From contig JBDOIG010000059.1 in NCBI GenBank assembly GCA_041082235.1, forward strand, positions 3,234 through 67,233: DNA of 64,000 nucleotides, read 5' to 3'. This stretch comes from Thermodesulfovibrionales bacterium (GTDB taxonomy: Bacteria; Nitrospirota; Thermodesulfovibrionia; Thermodesulfovibrionales; CALJEL01). The translations under genes were made by a program, and so were the position numbers. This document shows positions 47,585 through 57,004 of the stretch, in pieces. Under the pieces are notes generated by a model. The model worked only from the letters and a program-made list of their open reading frames with translations, was not told where the DNA came from and ran no database searches. Position 1 is the first letter of the stretch; each line of letters opens with the position of its first letter.

Positions 47585-48358
47585 ATGGATGATAGACTCA
47601 TTATCCGTGGTATAGAGTTTAAGTCAAGGCTCTGGGTTGGTACCGGTAAGTACAAGGATTTTGAGGAGACAAAAAGGGCAGTGGAGGCCTCTGGTACTGA
47701 TGTGGTTACTGTTGCTGTAAGGAGGGTAAATATCTTTGACAGAAAGAGTGAAAATCTCCTTGATTACATTGACCCTAAAAAATACAAGATCCTTCCAAAT
47801 ACTGCTGGCTGCTATACTGTTGAGGATGCCCTGAGATATGCAAGGCTTGCAAGGGAGGCAGGGATATCCGATATGGTGAAGCTTGAGGTTATTGGTGATG
47901 AGAGGACACTTTTTCCGGATGTCTGCGGGCTTATAAAGGCAACTGAGATACTTGCTAAGGAGGGTTTTATTGTATTTCCCTATACGAATGATGATCCCAT
48001 AACAGCAAAGAGGCTTGAGGATGCTGGAGCAGCAGCAGTGATGCCCCTTGGTGCACCCATTGGCTCAGGCCTCGGGATAAGGAATCCCTATAACATAAAG
48101 ATAATCCTTGAGACAGTGAAGGTTCCTGTTATAGTGGATGCAGGTGTTGGAACAGCCTCTGATGCTGCAATTGCAATGGAGCTGGGTTGTGATGCTGTGC
48201 TTATTAATACCGGGATTGCAGGTGCAAAGGATCCTGTAAAGATGGCAGAGGCAATGAAACATGCGGTCATTGCAGGAAGGCTTGCCTATCTTGCAGGAAG
48301 GATCCCGAAGAAACTCTATGCTACTGCAAGCAGTCCTTTTGAAGGCATGCTTATATAA
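47585..48358 (+). CDS. thiG: thiazole synthase
   Basis: 257 aa with TGKY, KLEVIGD and [11 protein letters not shown] motifs. Confidence 0.95.
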   Translation: MDDRLIIRGIEFKSRLWVGTGKYKDFEETKRAVEASGTDVVTVAVRRVNIFDRKSENLLDYIDPKKYKILPNTAGCYTVEDALRYARLAREAGISDMVKLEVIGDERTLFPDVCGLIKATEILAKEGFIVFPYTNDDPITAKRLEDAGAAAVMPLGAPIGSGLGIRNPYNIKIILETVKVPVIVDAGVGTASDAAIAMELGCDAVLINTGIAGAKDPVKMAEAMKHAVIAGRLAYLAGRIPKKLYATASSPFEGMLI

Positions 48359-48367
48359 GGAACCAAG

Positions 48368-49000
48368 ATGGACGGGCAGATTGATTTCAGGCTCTACTTG
48401 ATAACTGATAGAAGACTTACCTCTGATATTAAGTGGACCATTGAGGAGACATTGAAGGCTGGTGTGAGGGCGGTCCAGATAAGGGAGAAGGATATGACAG
48501 CAAAGGAGCTGATTATCTTATCCAGGGATTTGCAGGAGATAACAAGGAGGTACAGGGCAAAACTCTTTATTAATGACAGGGCAGATATAGCTCTTGCGCT
48601 TAACCTTGATGGAGTCCACCTTGGTTCAGGAGGCCTGCCTCCAGATGTGGTGGAGAGGATATCTGGTGGAAGGCTTCTCATAGGAGCCTCAACCCACAGC
48701 CTTGATGAGGCAGTTGAGGCAGAATCCCGTGGAGCAGATTTCATAACCTTCGGTCCTGTTTATGAGACTCCTTCAAAGCTTAGATATGGCAAACCAGTGG
48801 GGATAAAGGCATTAAAAGAGGTTACAAAGAGAATAAGGATACCTGTCTTTGCCATAGGTGGAATTAATAAAAAGAATGTTTCTGAGGTTATGGATGCTGG
48901 TGCCTATGGAGTGGCACTTATCTCAGCCATCATGGCATCAGAGAAACCTGGTTTTGCTGCCAGGGAATTGATTGAGGAGATTGAAAGGAGAATATCATGA
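48368..49000 (+). CDS. thiE: thiamine-phosphate synthase
   Basis: 210 aa with LYLITD, VQIREK, INDR.DIAL and GVHLG motifs. Confidence 0.9.
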   Translation: MDGQIDFRLYLITDRRLTSDIKWTIEETLKAGVRAVQIREKDMTAKELIILSRDLQEITRRYRAKLFINDRADIALALNLDGVHLGSGGLPPDVVERISGGRLLIGASTHSLDEAVEAESRGADFITFGPVYETPSKLRYGKPVGIKALKEVTKRIRIPVFAIGGINKKNVSEVMDAGAYGVALISAIMASEKPGFAARELIEEIERRIS

Positions 49001-50277
49001 CAAGGATAGAGCTTGCAAAAAAAGGGATTATCACTGATGAATTTAAAGAGGCTGCTCAGATGGAAGGCGTTACACCTGAATATATAGCAAAAGGAATTAC
49101 TGAAGGCACAATTGTTATTACCAGAAACATAAATCATCCAATAAGACCCCTTGCCATAGGAAAGGGCTTAAGGACAAAGGTCAATGCGAACATCGGTACA
49201 TCAAAAGACAGGGTGGATATTCATGATGAGATTGAAAAGCTCCATGTAATTGTGAAATATGGTGCTGATGCAGTGATGGACCTTTCAACAGGAGGACCCA
49301 TAAAGGAGCTGAGAAGGGCACTCATAAAGGAATCACCCATTGCCATAGGGACTGTCCCTGTTTATGAGGCAGCAGTAAGGGCAGTGGAGCTTTACGGAAG
49401 TATAAAGGCTATGACAGAGGATATGCTCTTTGATGTCATTGAGGAACACCTGAGGGATGGGGTTGACTTTATAACTGTCCATGCAGGTCTTACCATGAAG
49501 GCAATAGACAGGCTCAGAAATGACAGAAGGATACTTGATGTGGTGAGCCGTGGAGGCTCACTTCTTCTTGAATGGATGATATACAACGAGAGGGAGAATC
49601 CCCTTTATGAGCATTTTGACAGGCTCCTTGAGATAGCAAAGAGATATGATGTGACACTCAGCCTTGGAGATGCCTTAAGACCTGGATGTCTTGAGGATGC
49701 TACTGACAGGTCCCAGATAGAAGAGCTTGTCACAATAGGTGAATTAAGGGACAGGGCCCTTAGAGAAGGTGTTCAGGTACTAATAGAGGGGCCAGGACAT
49801 GTGCCATTGAATCAGGTGGAGCTGAATATAAAGATACAGAAGGAGCTCTGCAAAGGAGCACCATTTTATGTCCTTGGACCTCTTGTTACAGACATTGCCA
49901 TGGGATATGACCATATAGCTGCTGCAATTGGTGGAGCAGTGGCTGCAATGGCTGGAGCAGATTTCCTTTGTTATGTCACACCATCAGAGCATATCAGGCT
50001 TCCAAGCATTGAGGACGTGAAAGAGGGAGTAATTGCCTCAAGGATTGCTGCCCATGCAGCAGATGTTGCAAAGGGCATACCCTCAGCAATTGAGAAGGAT
50101 AGGCTCATGGCCCGCTACAGAAAGGAGCTTAACTGGGAAGGCCAGATAAACTTAAGTCTTGATCCTGAAAAGGTCAGGAGGCTGAGGCAGGAGGTACCTC
50201 CTTCAGAGGATGATGTCTGTAGCATGTGCGGTGAATTCTGCGCTATAAGGACAGTGAAGAGGGCACTTGGTGGATGA
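48997..50277 (+). CDS. thiC: phosphomethylpyrimidine synthase (short form)
   Basis: 426 aa with a radical-SAM ThiC core and the C-terminal cluster motif CSMCGEFCA. Confidence 0.95.
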   Translation: MTRIELAKKGIITDEFKEAAQMEGVTPEYIAKGITEGTIVITRNINHPIRPLAIGKGLRTKVNANIGTSKDRVDIHDEIEKLHVIVKYGADAVMDLSTGGPIKELRRALIKESPIAIGTVPVYEAAVRAVELYGSIKAMTEDMLFDVIEEHLRDGVDFITVHAGLTMKAIDRLRNDRRILDVVSRGGSLLLEWMIYNERENPLYEHFDRLLEIAKRYDVTLSLGDALRPGCLEDATDRSQIEELVTIGELRDRALREGVQVLIEGPGHVPLNQVELNIKIQKELCKGAPFYVLGPLVTDIAMGYDHIAAAIGGAVAAMAGADFLCYVTPSEHIRLPSIEDVKEGVIASRIAAHAADVAKGIPSAIEKDRLMARYRKELNWEGQINLSLDPEKVRRLRQEVPPSEDDVCSMCGEFCAIRTVKRALGG

Positions 50278-51163
50278 GAGAGGATTTATTATATCTGATG
50301 AATTATGGAGGCTTATTGAGACTCCTGAAAACAGGCTTATCCTTGTCATAGGTGCATCTGATACTGGAAAGACCACCTTTATTGAGCTCATTGCGAGTAC
50401 ACTGTCTTACAAATTCAGCCTTGCTATAGTTGACCTTGATATGGGACAGTCCCATATAGGACCTCCTACCACAATAGGATGGGCAAGGGTACCAGAAGAT
50501 TTCAGGGGCCTTAATTCTTTAAAAGAAGAAGAGCTTTATTTCACTGGTACTGTGACACCAGCAGGAAGCCTTCTTCCAGCAATAACAGGTGCAAGGCTCA
50601 TGGTTGACAGGGCAATTAGTGCCTCAGATAAGGTGATAGTTGATACCACTGGTCTTGTCTCTGAACCAGCAGGAAGGGTTCTTAAACATTTTAAGATAGA
50701 GATACTCAAGCCAGATTTAATTATATGTCTTGAGAGGGCTGATGAGCTCAGTCATATTAGAGAGCCATACAGGCACCAGGACCTGAGGTTTTATACATTA
50801 AGACCTGCCTCTAGTGTTAGACAGAAATCACCTCCTGAAAGAGCTGAATACAGATACAGAAGTATGGAGACATATCTTGAAGGTTCAGATATCAGAGAGT
50901 TCAGGCTCTCAGACCTCGGCATATTCTTTACAAGGGAAAGGACAAACATTGATAATTTAAGTTTAAAAAACAGGATAGTTTCCCTGAGGAATTCCTTTAA
51001 CAGGGATATTGCCATTGGAGTTATTGAGGCTGTTAAACCAAGAGAAGGAAAGATTTATATAAGGACACATGAGCTACCTGAGAGGCCTGTAACAATTGTT
51101 ATTGGAAAGGCAGAGATGGACAGAAAGGAAAGGACATTGAGGAATGTCAGCCCTTTAACCTGA
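50267..51163 (+). CDS. Clp1/Grc3/Nol9-family P-loop protein (polynucleotide 5'-hydroxyl-kinase homologue)
   Basis: 298 aa with Walker A GASDTGKTT, the Clp1-type VDLDMGQSHIGPPTTIG, and Walker-B-like VIVDTTGLV. The TTG/GTG start overlaps the thiC stop by 11 nt. Confidence 0.7.
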   Translation: MVDERGFIISDELWRLIETPENRLILVIGASDTGKTTFIELIASTLSYKFSLAIVDLDMGQSHIGPPTTIGWARVPEDFRGLNSLKEEELYFTGTVTPAGSLLPAITGARLMVDRAISASDKVIVDTTGLVSEPAGRVLKHFKIEILKPDLIICLERADELSHIREPYRHQDLRFYTLRPASSVRQKSPPERAEYRYRSMETYLEGSDIREFRLSDLGIFFTRERTNIDNLSLKNRIVSLRNSFNRDIAIGVIEAVKPREGKIYIRTHELPERPVTIVIGKAEMDRKERTLRNVSPLT

Positions 51164-51701
51164 GCTCCTCAAGGAGCTGTTCAAAAAACCTGAGTTTGTC
51201 TTCTCCATATCCTGCTATCTCTTCAAGCACTACCTTTAAAGGCTTTTCTTCAGTATGGGTCTTTCTGTTTTTTGAAAAAAACTTATCAGCAACGCAGATG
51301 ATCTTTTCTTCAAGGCTTTCTGGAACCATATCCCTTAAAGGAAGGGGAAGGGATTTTTTCTTTATGTCCTCTATTGTTATTCCAGCACCAATATGCCTTT
51401 CTGCTACAAGGCTATGACGGAGAAGGCCCTCTTCTTCAAGCAACTGCCTGCCGAGATATCCATGGCAGATATAGGGTTCTCTGCCATAGCAGCCAAGCAG
51501 AGGAGAATTGGTATGAATAATACCTATATCATGGAGGATTGATGCCTCTATTATGAAATCAATGTCTGGATTTCTGTCTTTGAGTCCTGAGGCTATCTCA
51601 AGGGCCTTTCTCTTTACAGCCGCTCCATGCTCCACAAGGAGCCTGAAGGCAAGGGAATCAGGCTTATAGTATTTTTTAATGATCTTTATTGGATCAGTCA
51701 T
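51147..51701 (-). CDS. HD/HDIG-domain metal-dependent phosphohydrolase
   Basis: 184 aa with ILHDIG and later H/D ligands (ERHIGAG, CVADK). Its 3' end overlaps the Clp1-like gene by 17 nt, and the two are convergent. Confidence 0.75.
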   Translation of the reverse strand: MTDPIKIIKKYYKPDSLAFRLLVEHGAAVKRKALEIASGLKDRNPDIDFIIEASILHDIGIIHTNSPLLGCYGREPYICHGYLGRQLLEEEGLLRHSLVAERHIGAGITIEDIKKKSLPLPLRDMVPESLEEKIICVADKFFSKNRKTHTEEKPLKVVLEEIAGYGEDKLRFFEQLLEELRLKG

Positions 51702-51742
51702 GGTATCTTATAATAACCTAAAATTCAGGAAGGAGGTGTTAT

Positions 51743-52276
51743 ATGGTAATTGAAAAATCTATAGGCAATAAGAAGATGACCCTTGTTAAAGGTGATATTA
51801 CAGAGCGAGAGGTGGATGCAATAGTGAATGCAGCAAACAGTCACCTGAAGCACGGTGGTGGAGTGGCTGGTGCCATTGTCAGGAAGGGTGGGCAGATAAT
51901 ACAGGAAGAAAGTGACAGGATTGGGTATGTGCCTGTTGGTCAGGCTGCTATAACAACTGGTGGTAAACTAAAGGCTAAGTGGGTTATACATGCAGTTGGC
52001 CCCAGGATGGGTGAGGGTGATGAGGACAATAAACTAAAGAGTGCTATTAACAGTGTTCTCAAACTGGCCTCTGAAAGGGGTTTCAGAACTATCTCTGTAC
52101 CTGCTATAAGTGCTGGCATATTTGGCTTTCCAAAGGACAGATGTGCTAAGATACTTATTGGTGAGACTGCAAGATTTCTTAAAGACCATCCCGATACCTC
52201 CCTTGAGGTCGTTGAATTCTGCATATTTGATGATGAGGCATATAAATTTTTTAAAGAAGAAATAGAGAGATTATAA
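51743..52276 (+). CDS. macro-domain protein (MacroD/Af1521-type ADP-ribose / O-acetyl-ADP-ribose hydrolase)
   Basis: 177 aa with GDITE..VDAIVNAAN..L.HGGGVAGAI and ISAGIFGFP. Confidence 0.85.
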   Translation: MVIEKSIGNKKMTLVKGDITEREVDAIVNAANSHLKHGGGVAGAIVRKGGQIIQEESDRIGYVPVGQAAITTGGKLKAKWVIHAVGPRMGEGDEDNKLKSAINSVLKLASERGFRTISVPAISAGIFGFPKDRCAKILIGETARFLKDHPDTSLEVVEFCIFDDEAYKFFKEEIERL

Positions 52277-52288
52277 TGGGAGGTCTTT

Positions 52289-52951
52289 ATGGAGGCTATT
52301 GAGTGTATAAGAAGTAGAAGGAGTATCAGGGCATATAAAAAGGAACCAGTGCCCAAAGAGGTGCTCACTAATATTATAGAAACTGCCCTCTGGAGCCCTT
52401 CCTATAAAAATACCCAGCCATGGGAGGTAATCATAGTATCAGGTAAAAAGAAGGAGGAGCTTTCAAAGCTCCTTATCAGCCTTCTTGAAAGGGGTGAGCC
52501 ACCCTGTCCTGATATACCTGAGCCTGAGTTCTGGCCAGAAACTCAGCAGCAGAGGATAAAGAGGCTTTACAGGATGCGTGCTGAGGCAACAGGAGTTGAT
52601 CTTACAAATCCAGAGATAGTGAAAAAGGCAAAGATAGCAAATTTTAATTTCTATGGTGCGCCCCATGTTATTTATCTTTATCAGGATGGCTCTCTGCCAT
52701 TGTGGTCACTTTTTGACTTAGGCCTTTTTGCACAGAGTCTGATGCTCGCAGCAAATGCAATGGGTGTGGCTACAGTGCCTCAGGCCTTTGCAACAGACTA
52801 TGCAAGATATATAAAAGAATTTCTTGGAATCCCTGCTTCAAAGAGGCTTGTCATTGGACTGTCCACAGGTTATCCTGACCTTGACTCAAGGGCAAATATC
52901 TTCAGGCCTGATAGAGTCCCTGTTGATGAGATATTGAGATGGAGTGAATAG
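52289..52951 (+). CDS. nitroreductase-family flavoprotein
   Basis: 220 aa with the RRSIRAY motif and SPSYKNTQPW. Confidence 0.85.
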   Translation: MEAIECIRSRRSIRAYKKEPVPKEVLTNIIETALWSPSYKNTQPWEVIIVSGKKKEELSKLLISLLERGEPPCPDIPEPEFWPETQQQRIKRLYRMRAEATGVDLTNPEIVKKAKIANFNFYGAPHVIYLYQDGSLPLWSLFDLGLFAQSLMLAANAMGVATVPQAFATDYARYIKEFLGIPASKRLVIGLSTGYPDLDSRANIFRPDRVPVDEILRWSE

Positions 52952-52956
52952 AATAA

Positions 52957-55347
52957 TTAAATATTCTCCACCATCTCCCATACACCGCAGGGACATATTC
53001 CAGCACAGAATCCACAGCCTATGCACTTTTCATCATCAACCACATATTCATAAGAGCCATCTTCATGCTCAATCCTCTGAATAGCTCCCCAGTAACAGGT
53101 ATATTCACACATGTGACAATCCCTGCAGGTCCCGCAGGAAAGGCATCTATCAGCCTCTTTTAGAGGGTCTTGAAAGTCGGTTTTACAGCGTTCATAATAC
53201 TCTGTCCTTATCCTTTCATAAGGAATAAGATTCTTTCTTTCAAAGGAATAGGGTGCTGACATGAGCCTTGAATGTATATGTTCTGCAACGAACCTTCCAT
53301 GGCCTATTGCATGGGTGACAAGTCCAAGACCTGTGACATCACCAATGGCATACACCTTTGGATCGGTGGTCTGATAAAATTCATTCACCTTGAGCCAGCC
53401 CCTTTCTGAATGGATTGAAGGTGGTATAAAGTCAAGCAAGGGCATATCACCTATTGATACTATTACATAGTCAGCATCAAGAGAAGTGCCATCTGTAAAA
53501 TATATCTTTTTCTCGTGAGGATCATATCTCTCTGTAACCTTTGGCCAGAGAACCTTTGTGCCCTTTGCCTTAGCTATCTCCATTTCCTTACCAAAGGCAG
53601 CAGGCCTCTGTATATCAATAGCTGTCACCTCTGAGGCATCATATATAAATGCCTCTGATGCCACATCCATTCCAACATTACCAGCACCTATTACGACCAC
53701 CTTTTTCCCTTTAAGGTCTGGTTTTTTACCCTCATTAATCTGCCTTAAGAATTCATAGGCAGATACAGTTGCCTCTGAACCAGGGAACTTGAGGGTCCTT
53801 GGCTGGTGTGCTCCTGCTGCTATCACAACTATATCATTTTTTTTGTAAAGTTCTTCAAATCTTTCCCTTGTCACCTTTGTATTAAGATAGACCTTTATTC
53901 CGATAGCCTTGAATCTCTCTATCTCCTTTTCAAGTATCTCATGGGGAAGCCTTTCCCTTGGTATGCAGAGCTCTATCTTTCCACCAAGCCTGTCAGCTGC
54001 CTCATAAAGGCTGACCTCATGACCTTTAAGTCCGAGCTGCCAGGCAACACTCATACCAGCCGGCCCACCACCAATAACAGCTATCTTCTTTCCTGTTGGA
54101 GATGCCTTCTTGGGTGCTGGGAGTTCAAGACTCAGTTTACCCATTGTATCTATCCTTAAGGGCTTATCATATCTTGCCCTTGTGCATGCCTCCATGCATA
54201 AATTGGGACATATCTCACCACAGACTGTTGCAGGCAGTGGTGAGTACTGAAGCACAAGCTCAAGGGCCTCATTAAGCATCCCCATCCTTATAAGCCTTGT
54301 CCTTTTATGAGTGGGTATCTGTGTAGGGCAGGCATAGGCACAGGGAGGCGCATATTTTTCATTTGCCCAGACAGGTCTGAATCTTCTGTCCTTGCCTGTT
54401 GTTATATAGGGAACTACTGACCACCTATCATGGTCAATATATTCAGCAAATATCCCACCTTCACCAACAGCCTTTTCCCAGTAATCCTTTCTGAAGTCAG
54501 ACATGGATACCTTAAACCACTTCCTTGCCCTTTTTTCCTGAGGAGTGTAGGCAATGAATTTTTTCCATTCCGCTGGAGAACGGGTTAACTCCTCGTAATA
54601 AGAGACCCTGTCAATTGCCTCAAGGAATGGCTTCATATTCTCCTTAAGCCACTTCCAGTCCTGCTCTGTCAGGTCAAGGAGTTTTACATCTCTTTCACTG
54701 TAACCCTGAATAGGTCCTCTGAAATAGATTATCCCTCCAACCATTCCAACACAGGGTCTGTAGCCAAGGATATTGTCAGGATTCCTTGGATTCACACCAC
54801 AGACCACTGATATTCCACCTGCCTTGAATTCTGCAAAGCTGTCTCCCACATCCCTGAAATACCAGGACTGAGGAGGAGCAAATCTTGGATTATGTTTTGT
54901 AAGGGTATCGCATCTTGCACCACCACTTCCCTGGACATAGAGGATTCCCTGGGCTGCTGCATTGAATGCACCATTTGTTACATCTCCAAGGATTGTTATC
55001 TTTGCACCACAATTGAGCCATCCCACATCATCCGAGGCAGAGCCTTTAACAACAATCTCAGTCCCAGCCATACCCATTGAACCACACCTCTGACCAACTG
55101 GACCTTCAATAATAACCTTTATGGTCTCACCCCTTGACCAGAGTCTTCCACCTATTCCATGCTGACCATCAGCCTTTACATAGAGCGTCCTTGCACCTTC
55201 CCTCACAGCCTCCTGTATATGCTCTTCAAGTATCCTGGAGGGGACCCGTCTTCCATCCACATTTCCATGGACAACAGCAGTCTTACTATCAATCCATTCA
55301 ATTATCTTTGATGGTTCAACCCTGAATTCTACTTCTCTAACAGACAT
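52957..55347 (-). CDS. glutamate-synthase GXGXG (GltB domain 3) fused to GltD-like NAD(P)H flavin oxidoreductase and a 2x[4Fe-4S] ferredoxin tail
   Basis: 796 aa. It has an N-terminal beta-helix repeat region (GSAS DDVG.. / GDVTNGA.. / QGSGGARC). Two Rossmann loops are present, VIGGGPAGMSVA and VVVIGAGNVGMDVA. The C-terminus has CLSCGTCRDC and CIGCGFCAGICP. Confidence 0.8.
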   Translation of the reverse strand: MSVREVEFRVEPSKIIEWIDSKTAVVHGNVDGRRVPSRILEEHIQEAVREGARTLYVKADGQHGIGGRLWSRGETIKVIIEGPVGQRCGSMGMAGTEIVVKGSASDDVGWLNCGAKITILGDVTNGAFNAAAQGILYVQGSGGARCDTLTKHNPRFAPPQSWYFRDVGDSFAEFKAGGISVVCGVNPRNPDNILGYRPCVGMVGGIIYFRGPIQGYSERDVKLLDLTEQDWKWLKENMKPFLEAIDRVSYYEELTRSPAEWKKFIAYTPQEKRARKWFKVSMSDFRKDYWEKAVGEGGIFAEYIDHDRWSVVPYITTGKDRRFRPVWANEKYAPPCAYACPTQIPTHKRTRLIRMGMLNEALELVLQYSPLPATVCGEICPNLCMEACTRARYDKPLRIDTMGKLSLELPAPKKASPTGKKIAVIGGGPAGMSVAWQLGLKGHEVSLYEAADRLGGKIELCIPRERLPHEILEKEIERFKAIGIKVYLNTKVTRERFEELYKKNDIVVIAAGAHQPRTLKFPGSEATVSAYEFLRQINEGKKPDLKGKKVVVIGAGNVGMDVASEAFIYDASEVTAIDIQRPAAFGKEMEIAKAKGTKVLWPKVTERYDPHEKKIYFTDGTSLDADYVIVSIGDMPLLDFIPPSIHSERGWLKVNEFYQTTDPKVYAIGDVTGLGLVTHAIGHGRFVAEHIHSRLMSAPYSFERKNLIPYERIRTEYYERCKTDFQDPLKEADRCLSCGTCRDCHMCEYTCYWGAIQRIEHEDGSYEYVVDDEKCIGCGFCAGICPCGVWEMVENI

Positions 55348-57004
55348 AGCTTATCTGTAACCTCTCTGCCATATCTTTATCATCTATGCTTATACCATCG
55401 GACATCCCGATTGGCAATTCTGTGCTCCTTCCCATTGGTGCAAATATCTTCTTGAGCTCCACCTCTGCTGCCTTAAAGACCTCCACAACCCTTTCAGCCA
55501 CCTTTTCTGAATCAAGCCTTCTGTAAAGTTTTGGATCCTGAGTAGTTATACCTCGAGGGCATTTCCCGGTATTACAGAGATTGCACCTGTTATATTCATC
55601 ACCAAAGCAGTCTGCTGCTGCCTGCATTATATATTTCCCAATTGTAACTGCAGAGGCACCGAGCATTATAAGTGCTGCTGCATTTGCTGCAAGATGTCCC
55701 TTCTTACCAATACCACCTGCTGCAATAAGGGGAAGCTCGTTCTGTTTACCCTGTCTTACAAGGTCAAGATAACAATCCCTGATATTTGATGCTATTGGAT
55801 GGCCCATCTTATCCATTGACACATTATAGGCAGCACCTGTGCCACCATCCTCTCCATCTATGGAGAGGGCTGCTGCATAGGGATTCCTTGCAAGATTATT
55901 AAGGACAGCCCTGGCAGTCTTTGTACCTGATATCTTCGGGAAGACAGGTACCCTGAAGCCAAAGGCCATTGACATGGACTGGATCATCTTTGCAACCGCC
56001 TCTTCTATAGAATACTTTGTCTGGTGTGTTGGAGGTGAGGCAAGGTCAACTGCCTCTGGAACACCGCGGATCTTTGCAATAAGCCTAATAACCTTCTGTG
56101 CCATTAATAATCCACCATCACCAGGCTTCGCACCCTGACCATATTTGATCTCTATCCCGGCAGGGTCTTCTATCATATGGGGCATTGCATGGATGATCTC
56201 ATCCCATCCAAAATAACCAGAGGCTATCTGGAGGATAAAATATTTAAGGTATCTTGATTTTAAAAGCCTTGGTGGTACACCACCTTCACCAGAGCACATC
56301 ACAACAGGAATACCTTCTACCTCATTAAGATAGGCAACCCCCATTGCAAGACCTTCCCACATAGGGGGTGAGAGTGCTCCAACAGACATAGAGCCAATCA
56401 TAATAGGGAATATCTCCCTTACAGGAGGTATGAATTTGCCCGAGGTATGATCAACAACAAGCCTTCCATTTTCACCCTTTAAAGGAAGCTCCTCAGGTGG
56501 AAGTATCCTTCCAATGTATGTCCTCACCCTGAATTCATGCCTTCCAGCATCAAGGGCAGGGTCTGTGAGCATGGATATACGGGTGAATTTTATCCTGTCA
56601 AGTGTTGAAGGAGAAGGGTCATTTCTCCTGCCGCCCCTTCTATAGGGCTCACCACCTTTGTTTTTAAAATGATAGAACTTATGCTGCGGATTGTATCCTG
56701 GCTCTATCGCCTCATTCGGACAGACAAGTGTACAGGTACCACAGCCTGTGCAATAGTGTTCAATATCGGTAACCTGTTCTATTATATGGATTACCCTTGT
56801 CTTTACCCGAGGAGAGGGCATCCCACCTTCTGACTCAACTATCCTCTGGAGCTTTACTGACGGTACTATCGCCCTTACAGGACAGACTGCTGTGCACTGG
56901 CCGCAGCGCTTGCACCTGTCATCACGCCACCTTACAATGTAGGGAAATTCCTTTAATGAGAGTTTATGATTAAAATCCTCTCTTATCTTTATTACACCTG
57001 ACAT
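55337..57004 (-). CDS. glutamate-synthase FMN/Fe-S domain (GltB domain 2) with N-terminal 2x[4Fe-4S] ferredoxin
   Basis: 555 aa with CKRCGQCTAVCP and CTGCGTCTLVCP, then GAKPGDGG, SGEGG, DGEDGGTGA and a C-terminal CNLCNTGKCP. Confidence 0.85.
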   Translation of the reverse strand: MSGVIKIREDFNHKLSLKEFPYIVRWRDDRCKRCGQCTAVCPVRAIVPSVKLQRIVESEGGMPSPRVKTRVIHIIEQVTDIEHYCTGCGTCTLVCPNEAIEPGYNPQHKFYHFKNKGGEPYRRGGRRNDPSPSTLDRIKFTRISMLTDPALDAGRHEFRVRTYIGRILPPEELPLKGENGRLVVDHTSGKFIPPVREIFPIMIGSMSVGALSPPMWEGLAMGVAYLNEVEGIPVVMCSGEGGVPPRLLKSRYLKYFILQIASGYFGWDEIIHAMPHMIEDPAGIEIKYGQGAKPGDGGLLMAQKVIRLIAKIRGVPEAVDLASPPTHQTKYSIEEAVAKMIQSMSMAFGFRVPVFPKISGTKTARAVLNNLARNPYAAALSIDGEDGGTGAAYNVSMDKMGHPIASNIRDCYLDLVRQGKQNELPLIAAGGIGKKGHLAANAAALIMLGASAVTIGKYIMQAAADCFGDEYNRCNLCNTGKCPRGITTQDPKLYRRLDSEKVAERVVEVFKAAEVELKKIFAPMGRSTELPIGMSDGISIDDKDMAERLQISYVC

